Source of the DNA: Lytechinus pictus
Lineage: Eukaryota
DNA length: 64,000 bases
Assembly: GCF_037042905.1 (NCBI RefSeq)
Contig: NC_087246.1
Location: 5,582,001-5,646,000, forward strand
Direction: 5' to 3'
Shown here: in pieces, positions 1 through 11,100 of the stretch
Numbering within the stretch: position 1 is the first letter of the stretch
How the letters are laid out: every line of letters starts with the position of its first letter
Made by a program: the position numbers and the translations under genes
The notes under the pieces: model-generated
Databases searched by the model: none
The model's input: the letters and a program-made list of their open reading frames with translations, nothing else
Told to the model about the DNA's origin: nothing

Positions 1-774
1 AGAAGAAAAAGAAGAAGAGGAGGAGGACAAGGAGGAAGATGAGAAGAAAAGACAAGTTCTGTCCTAATAAAAATAGCAGTACTCTATTGCACCAACTGTA
101 GATTGAAGATCTCAATGCATACTTTGAAGTCATCTTATGCCCCCCTATAGGTACCAAAATAGTCACAAAATCACTGTGCTTGCCAATCACTGTGCTTGCC
201 AATCACTGTGCAACCCCATCGAGTTGAGTTCAGGGCTGTGATAGTTTAACAAAATAATATGTCTGGAGCACCATAATCTTGACATTCTACGATTTTGTTT
301 TAATATGCAATAATATGAGTTTCTATCTGTAGCTCAATCAGGATGACGAAACCCAAGTTCTGCATTGGACATTTTTGGACACTCTTTTGTCTTGGTCACC
401 TTATCTGTCTTGCAACCTCTTATGCAACATTCGACCATATTGTGCAATTATTAAATATTATTGTATAAAAAAGAATACAAAGTGTCCTAAATAATACTAC
501 ATTCATAATCGTGTTTACCTGACACTGAATTCAAAAGATTGTTTTTATTTCCTTTGATTTGGGGGAATCTAACCCAAATGGAATGTTGTTTTAACAGAAA
601 AAAAGACGGAATGAATCAAGTTTTAGTAGGCTATAAAATCAAGTAATCACTGTGGAAACTTCAAAATTCAAATTGATCACATATCCCAGGTGATGTCATT
701 TTATTTTTAGGGTATTTAAACTCGAATTAGACCTACTCCAAATTAATTACTAAAATGTACTTTTTTTTCTAATT

Positions 775-960
775 ATAATAATAATAATTGGCATTTATAT
801 AGCGCTTTATCAATCTACAACTGTTCAAAGCGCTTCACAATTATCATTATCAATCTACAACTGTTCAAAGCGCTTCACAATTATCATTATCAATCTACAA
901 CTGTTCAAAGCGCTTCACAATTATCATTACCCGGTCACTGGATTCATAGCATATTTCAAG
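775..960 (-). mobile_element. Truncated SINE/LINE 3' end with an internal 40-bp triplication
   Basis: (TTA)n tail plus AAGCGC.../ATTACCCGGTCA-TGGATTCAT resembling the SINE at 50.4 kb; unit ATCAATCTACAACTGTTCAAAGCGCTTCACAATTATCATT x3 at 809-928. Confidence 0.6.
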
Positions 961-1916
961 CAGCCTGTTAGGCGCAAACTTGCTAAACCAACCACAATGA
1001 CTTATACTTAGAATCATACTTTTCTTTCAAGAGGACATTTAATATACATGTAATTTCATAATAAAATCATAAAAATACAATTAATAAATGTGATAGAAAA
1101 TCAATACAAAAACAGAATCAACACATTTGAGGCTGAACAACTTCTACATTGCAAAACCTGGTAGCCTGGTCAGGAAAAGGAGACAAAGCTTGAGCAATGA
1201 TCCTTCAAGTAACCCCTTAGAGTTCTAGTTCAAGAGTTCATTTTCTTTCTTTCTCTACATCTGTTTCTATCCAATTCCACACAAAGGTTGCATTCCCCCA
1301 ACAGCATTCATATTTTCTAGTTTCTGCCACCACGTTGATATTTTATAAATACTTTAAAAAAGAGCATACACACCTTCCACGCGCGAAAATATATACATTA
1401 TATATACCCACTCAATAAGACCTAGGTAGGCCTACCCGCGGGTACCCCCTTGCCTTGGCCTGGGTATACCTACCACTTGGTCCTGTACTGTAGGGTTCCA
1501 TAGCCGTGATATCACTGATATAGAGCCTGACGTAGGACTTGTAAACCGGGTCTTGGTTCCATTTATCACGGGGTAAATAAGAATATCTGATTACTTTTGA
1601 GGCCATTTCAGGGCTCTATATGGTTTATAGTCCTTATGACGTTGTTCCTTCGCAAACAAAACCTTTGTAAACATTCTTTAAACTTATCAAATTGTCGTAC
1701 TTTTCTACCAACACCACTGCTCTGCTCAGAGCTCAGCCAAAAGTCACCTGTTAGTGTTATGAGATTATTACGTCACTAGATTCCCAGGCAAGCAATCTAT
1801 CGAGGCCAACTTCAATTAGTGCATTAGAGCATGTAGTGTGAAGTTAGTAGTCTATCGGCGCAAACACATCGCGAATCTTGGTGCAAAACTATTGGTTGAG
1901 AACTTGAAGTGGGGAT

Positions 1917-2300
1917 CATTAGCGTACCTACGGAGAGGGGGGGGGGGGGGGGGCAGAGGGGGCAGACTGCCCCCCTGACGAGTCACAACCCATGCAAGAG
2001 ACGTATCCCTGCCCCCCTGACGAGTCACAACTGATATCCCTTACGAGCCACAAGTGGCCCGTCCTTTGAACTTGAAGACCTTTTTTTTTTTTTTTTTTTT
2101 TGCTTAAATTTTTTTCTGGTACAAAATCATTTATTTGTGGTTGAAGACCTTTTTTTTTGTTTTTTTTTGCTGGTCAATTTTTTTTTCTGGTACGAAATCC
2201 TTTCTTTGTGGTTGAAAACCTTTTTTTTTGGCTTGTCAAATTTTTTGGCGGACGAATTTGCCCCCCCCCCCCCCTTTGGAAAATCCTAGGTACGCCACTG
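1917..2300. mobile_element. hAT-like MITE
   Basis: Imperfect TIR CATTAGCGTACCTA/TAGGTACGCCACTG; 8-bp TSD GTGGGGAT; same family as 62803-63112. Confidence 0.85.
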
Positions 2301-3559
2301 GTGGGGATGGTTTGGATGTGCCCCCTTTAGCCCAAGGCAGACCAAAGTTAGTCTGCTGTGCAAACCCTTCACTCGAGTAAAGGGTCTGAATTGCAGCCTA
2401 CTCGTGCCTTGTGTACTGAAGGCCCTCTCGCTCAGCAAGTTTTGTATGTGCTAGTCTTTGCGTGGAGACACACTTGTTCATCAAAGTTTCAATCAGGTCA
2501 TGTGCCTGCAGACTAGACCAAAGTTGTACACACTGGCGCGGAGCCAGGGTTGTGGGACGCCCCCCCCCCCCCAAGTGTCCCCAAAAAGGAGGGAAAAAAT
2601 ATGATAAAGAAGAAGAAAAGCAAAAATACGAAGGGAGGGAATGGAAGAAAGGTATAGGCTTTATGGTTCATCCTTCTTATTTTATCTCAAAAGAATAAAA
2701 ATCCTAACAAGACGTCTTCACTCTCTTCATAGAAAACTTTGGCTTCAGCGCTCTACGCGGAGAAAACTACGAAAATTGCCTTTCCCTTTGTTTCCAACAT
2801 CCTTTTCGACCTAATTTCCCCCTCCCCTGCTAAAGGAAAGGCTAGTTTACCCTTTTCTTGTTACATCCCCCCCCCCCTCTTTCGCCACCATAGGCGCCTA
2901 CTTTAGTTAGGCCTACATAATATTTCTTTAGAAAAAAAAGTCTACATAATTTAGATCCTTGTATTATTTAAGTACTACGACTATATTGTTAACGTTATTA
3001 TTAATTAATGAATCATTTGAATATTTCTATAAATTTCAGGCTGATAATAAGTTTTGATTACTTTGAAAAAAAAGTTCTATTCATTGTTTTTCTTTGAACT
3101 TCATGTTTGGAAAATCCTATATGTATATAAAATATTTTATACATGAAATTGTATCATCATTATAAAGCAGAAATGAAATATAGCAAACAAGCAAACAAAA
3201 AATAAACAAACAAATAAAGGCGTGTAGATAATAAAACGTGAACCAGCCGGATTTGGTAACGGTGAAACGGCTCATCCAAAGTACTGCCAATTGGATAAAA
3301 AATAATAGCTATGGATAATTGTTTTCATCGTGGTTTCGCATTGTCCATATTAAAGTATGTTGTGGAAAACCGCGATGTCCTGGTACAGTTTTGATTTTAT
3401 CAAAGTCACATCATCGTTTTATCATTTATACACTGTACATTGTTGTCATTGAGAATCTTCATATAAAAATCTATTCATTCTATCCTTTTCTATTCTGTTT
3501 AATACTATTCTATTCAATTACTTTTATCTTTAGTTCATTATTTTATAATTTAGTTTTTG

Positions 3560-3930
3560 CTGTATGTAAGTATGCTTGTCTTTCTGTCCTTTTTTTCTTC
3601 TTTACTTTACTTTACTTTACTTTACTTTCTTCAGGTCTTCTTGATTCAAAGTTTCTTACTAACATTCTTTCTTTTTTTCTCTCTTTTTTCATTCTTTCGT
3701 TCTTTATATCTTTCTTTTTTATTTTTCTTTGTATTCTTCTCATACTTCTCCTTTCCTTCCTTCCTTCGTTTCTTTCTATTTTTCATTCTCTCTTTTTTTT
3801 TTTTCTTTCTTTATTTTATTCTTTATTCGTATTCTCCTCATACTTCTTCATTTCTTTCTTTCTCTTTATGTCTTTATTTCTTTCTTTCTTTCTTTATTTC
3901 ATTTTTCCTATCTTTTTCTCTCTATTTACG
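3560..3930. repeat. CT/T-rich low-complexity tract
   Basis: Degenerate (TTTC)n. Confidence 0.85.
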
Positions 3931-4350
3931 TATCAACCGAAGCTTGCAATCGAAAAGAGCTGATGTGCAAAAGAAATGGGGGACTAAGTTTCATGATTAA
4001 ATAATGAGGACCCACGCGTTTTGATGGACTTAGATCGATATATTCTATTCAATACATTACAAAGTATCTCCATCATGCATGCAACTTCCGATAAAGGAAA
4101 ATATACACGGGGTCAAATCTAAAAAGGCACAATTTGAGGAACACTTTACATGAGAGTGATAACCATGCAGTGCACTTGGGGCCTTTAATTCGGTCATCGA
4201 CAGTGAGAATGACTGTGAACTGTCAACGTCGAATCGGTATCCCATCGGTATAAAGAAAAAATCGATGTGCTGAAGATTTAAATCTTCGAACCGGACCTTA
4301 AGAGATAAGCATCACATCAAGGACTTCGCCTGTGCCAATCGTGATTAAAT

Positions 4351-4830
4351 ATGGACCAGGAAGAGATCGACGATGGATTAGCTCCTCATGAGATGGTGAA
4401 CGGCTTGGGGGACGATCTCGGCTTAATTTCCGTCGACGATGGGCTTGAGTGTGAAAACACAGGGGAAGAAGAAGTGAGGACGGATGATCATGATGATGAT
4501 ATCGCAGATGGTGGCGAAAAAGAGGATTCAGAGCCTGTGTCAGAGAAGCAACCCACTGATCAGCAAGCGGAAAGTACGACATCCTCCTCCTTGTCGTTTG
4601 ATACAACACCTGCCCTCATGTCGACTACTCCTGGTCGTTTTGTCTCCCTATGGATACCGAATGACACTACAGAGACAGAGAAACCTGACAAGCCGTTACC
4701 GAGTTCGTCTCTCACAGTTCGACGTTCTTTAGAACGATCACCTCCAAAGAAGAAAGACGCCGTGGTGCTCCTCAACCACCTCGACGGATCCGAGTTCACT
4801 GACACCCTCCACTCCCAGGCAATCGAACAG
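4351..4830 (+). CDS. NOS: NOS-like exon 1: acidic N-terminus and start of oxygenase domain
   Basis: ATG at 4351; ends ...[21 protein letters not shown] (cf. NOS DTLH); donor CAG|GTACAG. Confidence 0.8.
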
Positions 4831-5150
4831 GTACAGAATAGTCAAATATCCATTTATTTATATTTCTCTACTGTGCTCTCGATCTTTAATTTTTTTTCTT
4901 TTTGAGCATGTTCAGTAATAGTTTACTTTAACTTTAACATAACTGAAAAGGTCAAGATACGCGTAAACCCGATTCACACAAAATATTTTTAGTAATAGTA
5001 TTAATAAGAATATTAATATCTTAGATAGAAATGGTAATATGATGATGATGATGACGATGATGACGATGATGATGATGATGACGACGATGACGATGATGAT
5101 GATGATAATGATGATGATAATGATGATGATGATGATGATGATGGTGATGG

Positions 5151-5182
<32 letters not shown>

Positions 5183-8100
5183 GTGACGATGACGATGGTG
5201 ATAGTGACGATAATGCTGAAGATGATGACAATGATAACAACAACAACAACACTAATGATGATGATGATGATAGTGACGATAATGGTGAAGATGATGACAA
5301 TCAACAAAAACAATAATGATGATGATGATAATTACAATATTAATGGCAATGATAGTTCTAATAATGATAAAAATAAAAATGATGATGATGATGATAACGA
5401 TGATGATGATGATGATGATAATGATGGTGGTGGTGGTGGTGGTGATGGTGGTGGTGGCGGCGGTGGTGGTGGTGGTGATCGGGGGCTTACTGACATTAAA
5501 GGTAGTCTGATAAGCCTATATGGTTACAAGTGCTTTTTTTTCTAAAATTAACTTAGCGTGTTTATATTCTTAAATCATAATAGGTTCCTCTATATATTTT
5601 ACCTTTTCATTCTAAGGAAGGATCACTATAGACACGTCTGCTGGCCGACTATGTATTTTATTTATTTATTACATCGGTAGATTCAATTAAAAGCTCATTT
5701 GACTGATGAAAACAAGTAAAATAAACACAATATAAATCAAAGTACAGGTACAGGTGCTGAAAATAAAAGTGCATGCTATGTAGTCCCGTATGTCTCATAT
5801 ATCCTGTGCCCCCAATACCTTCCACTTCATCAATAAACTGTGTAGAGTATTAACTAAATTATTATCAATGACAAATTTAAATATAAGTACATAAAAGCCT
5901 GCGCCATTCCGAACTAAGTCAATCCGTATATTTAAATAGGCCTATACTATAAATCGATTAGGAATGCAAAGACATTTCTTAGACGCCCATGCCATTATAC
6001 ACAGGGCTTGACCAATATATTGATTTCCAGGCTTCAAATTCCCGCGCTGGCCATTCTCATGCATATCTTTGTATTGGCTTCTTTTCTATGGACAATAATA
6101 TAGCAAGGTTAATACGAGATAGGAAAAAGAGAATGATCAAGAGGGGGAGATGTCGAAGGGGGGGGGGTGGTGGTTAGGTGTAGGGAGTGGACTCGGTTTT
6201 ATAATCATCACTTTATTCAATGTTCAAAATCAAACATGGAATATAGGTATGTGTATGGATAATCAATAGCCCTGCAAATATTAGCAGACTGGCAGAGAGG
6301 AATAAGCCCATGTTACAGGCAGGGAACAAGGGCAAAAATCCAAAAAAATAGAAAAAGTTGTATTTAATTGTCTTATACAAATTATACAGTTTTTGAGCGT
6401 TGTATTACGGAACGATATGTGTGGACAATGGAGAAGGGACATCGTTCTGATGAATAATTTGATATGGTTTTTATTTTATACTGTTTTTAAGAGTCTCGAC
6501 CTCGTTTCACAAAGCTTGTTTTCAATTTTAAATGAAAAAAGTTTTTGATTTTATGATATTGTTTTAATTTATATGCTCTTTGAAAATTGGACTACACACT
6601 CAAATTATCAGTATCTTATGACGAAAAGTACAATGGTTGGTATTTTTCAATGACTGCCGTATAGTTAGTGATATAAACTTCGTACATTAAAAGTGGAAAT
6701 ACTGAAATACTCACTGTATTCAAACTATAAACTTCTTGTTTGATTTTTTTTCTTCTATTTTGTATTCAAACCCGCATTAGTTGGACATTATGTGACCAAA
6801 AATCTAATAGTAATACGATTCTTTAAACATTTTCTTTGATGCAGGAAACTACTAACCTATCCAGAGACGAGAAGACCGATTCAGTGACGTCACCAACCCG
6901 TCAGAAACCCCCTCCAAGATCTCAAGATGAAAAGATACGCCTGGCTCGGGAGTTCATCGACCAATATTATGCGCATGCTCAGAGGTCGGTCACCGTATTG
7001 CTTACTTTTTTTCAGATTTTAGATGGAGGGATTTTTTACAGTGAGAATGGGGAACATCTACATAACTACCCCCCCCCCCAAAAAAAAAAAAATCAATTGA
7101 GGGGTATAGTGTTTACACAATAATTGATATTTGAGATAGGGTACAGGACTATATCCCTACCTTGATATGATTGAAATAATTTAGTGTAAATTTACTAATT
7201 GCTTTATTGATTATTGAAATATGATTATCATTTTCTAGATATTCATTTACGTTGTATTGTTTATGTTAAGCTTTTATTTGCCCTCTAGATGTTTTATGTT
7301 GGTTTATATTAAGTTCAAAGATAATCGTGATAAAAAAATGACGATAAAGAATTTAATGACAGTAAATACTGATGCAAAGCTATTGTGCATAAAGGCTATG
7401 TTGTTGTTTATGATAACGATGTTAAAATTGTAAAAAGATAAAGCTTCTGATAATGAATAAACAAACCCTTCTGACAGGTCAGGAACTGTATCTCACGAGC
7501 GTCGCCTGTATGAAGTTCAAACGAGCATCAAAGAAAGTGGTTCATATCATCTCACTGAAGCTGAGCTCATATTCGGGGCAAAGTCAGCATGGAGAAACCT
7601 TCCACAGTCTAGATGCCGAATTTATTGGAATAAGCTACAGGCAAGAATAACCTCATAGATTTCTATCATCCTTTCTGAATCATGATTATTTGGGACACGT
7701 ACAATTTAAGTTCGGAAAGAAAGATCTTCGAGTTAATAGTTTGTTTTTCTTTACCCAGCATCCATGTAAATCTCCTCATTCTATTGCCTGCTTGAATGTG
7801 CCGAATAAAATGAAATAATAATAATAAATGATTCCAAAATTAAAAACCGATATCAGAACCTAAAAACCATCTTCTCCCACATTCTAAGAATAACATTTTT
7901 GTCAAACTAAACTCAAAACTAGCTTATAAAGCGTGTGCTATTATTTTTTCGTCAACAAAGGTTTTCGATGCTAGAAAAGTGACAAATTCTCGTGATATGT
8001 TCGAGATGCTGTGCAAGCATTTACTGTATTCGACAAACAAGGGAAATGTGAGGTAAGTTTGTTTGTGATTTTTTGTAAGAAAATAGATTTAAACAGAGAT

Positions 8101-11100
8101 CTAGTATTGCTGTAGCAGCTTCCCAGGCTTGGAATACGCCCTCTTTCATTTGTTTCAACATTGTCCAATACGCATGATAAGAGTGGCTTCCAATGTTCTT
8201 GCCTACAAACTTTTCATATTTTCCCCAGTATATTACTCCAATATTCATTTAACAATTTATTGTTCATGTACTTATGTATTGTACGCCATTTTGTCCTTTT
8301 GTCATTAGAGTTTCTAAATAATAAATCATTATCATTCTAAATGATAAAAGTCCCTTCATAATATCTACTCTTTAATTTTGAATGTGAATTAATTTGATAT
8401 ATAGAATATTTTTATAAATACTAATTCAACATTTTCAATAATTCAATCTGTCTTCATTCGAATTTTGATTTTGATTAACTAATGATCTTTGATATTCTCG
8501 TTTCCCTTGCATTATTTTTTCTCAGGGCCCTCAATGACAGTAGTTTGTAACACTGATGAGGCCACCTTGATTAAATAAAACTGAAAATAAAAAAATAAAT
8601 TATTTCATAGCTTTCAGTCGGGCTTAGTGTAAAAACCTAATCATACCTATCCATTTATCTGTTGACAGTATGCATTCTTTCAACGGCAACCAGATCAGAA
8701 AAATTGAAATATTATTATGAAACGAAAATTCAAGTCATCTGTCTTACTTTACTATCATCTGCAGGCCGGCTATAACAGTATTCCCACCTCGTAAAGGCGA
8801 CAGTCAAACGGATTTCCGGATTTGGAACTCACAGTTGATCGGATATGCAGGGTATCGGCAACCCGATGGATCAGTGTTGGGGGATCCGAGCAATCTTGCA
8901 TTTTCTGAGGTAGTATTTGTAGTATGACCCCCCCCCCCGTGAAAAGAGTGGGAGTGGAGAGAGTGTATAATGAGTAGATATATTCTAATTTTCATAATAA
9001 GCGAAAGGGTGGAGTTTTTGAGAAATATTGCAATATAACAGCGTTATGGACATTTCGGAGGTAATGCAAGACAAGTGAGGTCCCATTTTGATATTTTGCA
9101 TTTATTGTTATCAATTAGCACCGTTTTTACCATGATCTCTTCTTTGTATTTCTATTACTATTTGATAATCATCGCAATCAACATCATCATCATTGTAAAC
9201 CTTAGAACTAGGTGTACAGAAGTGCATGTTAAAACTTGATTGAGTCATTATATATTTTGTTGAAATTGCTGGAAATAAATCGGACTTCCTAATAATTTTC
9301 TCCTTTAGATAATAAATAATTGTAATACTCTCTTGTCCACCGAAAGCACCATTTAACTCGCTTGACTGTTCATACTTTCTTTAGGTTTGTCGAACTCTTG
9401 GATGGCGGAGTGATCGAACCCGTTTCGATGTCCTTCCGCTTGTTCTCCAGGTCAATGGTGAGGATCCTGAGGTCTTTGAAATCCCACCCGAGCTGGTTCA
9501 CGAAGTGGAATTATCGCATCCAGAGTGAGTCCTATAGACCTTTAAAGGGATATTATGAAGAGTGTATATAGCATGCATGGAGTCATGATGGCAAAAGTGG
9601 CGTTGGTAGGGCCAATAAATAATAAAATAAATAAACAAGATTTACTTTTCACACCCCCCCCCCAAAAAAAAAGAGAAACAGTGTCAATGCTGTAAATGCA
9701 AGTTTACTTTAATTAATCACTTCCACTAGAATGAATGTGCAATACATCTTTAAAATGAGAGGAACATCTACTTAACTTTGCCATGATAACTTTCTCTTTC
9801 GTTTGTCTTTGTCTCTTTTGTTGTCAAAATTTCGGTGACGCAAATTGTTGACTGTGCAGTTGATAACTGTTTTTTGGGAGGCGAGATTGATTTATGTTGA
9901 CAAAGAAAACCTGCTAAATAAGACTTGAATTTGTTTTAATCGGTTCATGATTGATAGAGCATTTGTATGTGTAGCAAAAAATCGGCTCTTGGCCTTCTTC
10001 TAGTATATTACCTATATATATAAACAGATAGACAATAATAACCAACTTGGCACAACAGATACAGTTTTTATACAGTGATTCGGCTCGGGGGTTCGACGCG
10101 CGAGCTGCAGTGCTCAACATGCAAGGCAATTTTATGTTGTGTAAACCCTGTTTAAAGGTAGCAAGAAGCAACATCATTATAATTTCGTCGAATGGAGTAA
10201 CAAAATATCAAAATTAACAAAAATGTAATTGGGTAAAGCAGCGGAATAGGAGAAATTCATATCAACGTCATAACAAAGTTGTGTAATCTTATCATTACAT
10301 GTCATCGTTGGACATCATTTAACCTCAAACCATTTTTTTTGGATTTGTGATCTTATATCTCTATCTTACATTCTAAATACTACATAGCAATAACCTATTA
10401 TAAAGGATGCTCATCATTTTCTATCAATGACGTAAAACAGAATAATTGGAATGGGATGAAGAGGGAGGAAATAGCCATATCTTCTGCTGATACGAAATTT
10501 GATCTCGTTTTCCCCCTCGTTGTCATCAACGACATAGGCTTCGATGGTTTATGGATTTGAAGTTGAAGTGGTACTCGATGCCTTCCTATGCCAATTTCAT
10601 GCTAGATATTGGCGGTATCCAGTTCCCAGCCTGCCCCATTAATGAATGGTATGTTGCATCGGACATCGCTAATAATGCTCTCTGTGCACCGAAGCGTTAC
10701 GACATGCTTAGGGTGAGTAGTAATGTCAAATATGAATATAATCATTTTTCTTTATATAAATTTGCTCCTTTCAGTATTTCATATCACTGCAGGGGCCTCG
10801 GAACGGTTTTAAAGGGGGGGGGGGGCTAACCATGCAACAATTCATAACCATATGGTAATTTTTACGTTTTTGTACATGGCTTTGGAAAAAAGTGCGGGTG
10901 CTTGAAGCCCCGCAGCTTCCCGTTTCCGCAGCCCCTTCACCTTACCATCGATATTTTACCCCTCTCCCTCTTTTCACTTCCTCCTCTCTTCTTATCTCTT
11001 TCTTCTTCTCCTTTCGTTTTTTTGTTATAATTTGAGAGCGAAACACAAATCTTTTCTTCTTCTCTACCGCTTCTTACTTCATTCTTCATCTTCTCTCTTC

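Noticed and set aside
3319..4004. Phe/Leu/Ser-rich ORFs resembling membrane proteins
   Set aside because: Translations of a CT-rich low-complexity tract that is open in all three frames.
4912..5545. Poly-Met, poly-Ile, poly-Ser and poly-Asp ORFs
   Set aside because: Produced by the (GAT)n microsatellite in NOS intron 1.
8520..8590. CTGATGAGGCC hammerhead-like core
   Set aside because: No stem II closed by GAAA follows; it looks like a retroelement 3' stem-loop remnant.
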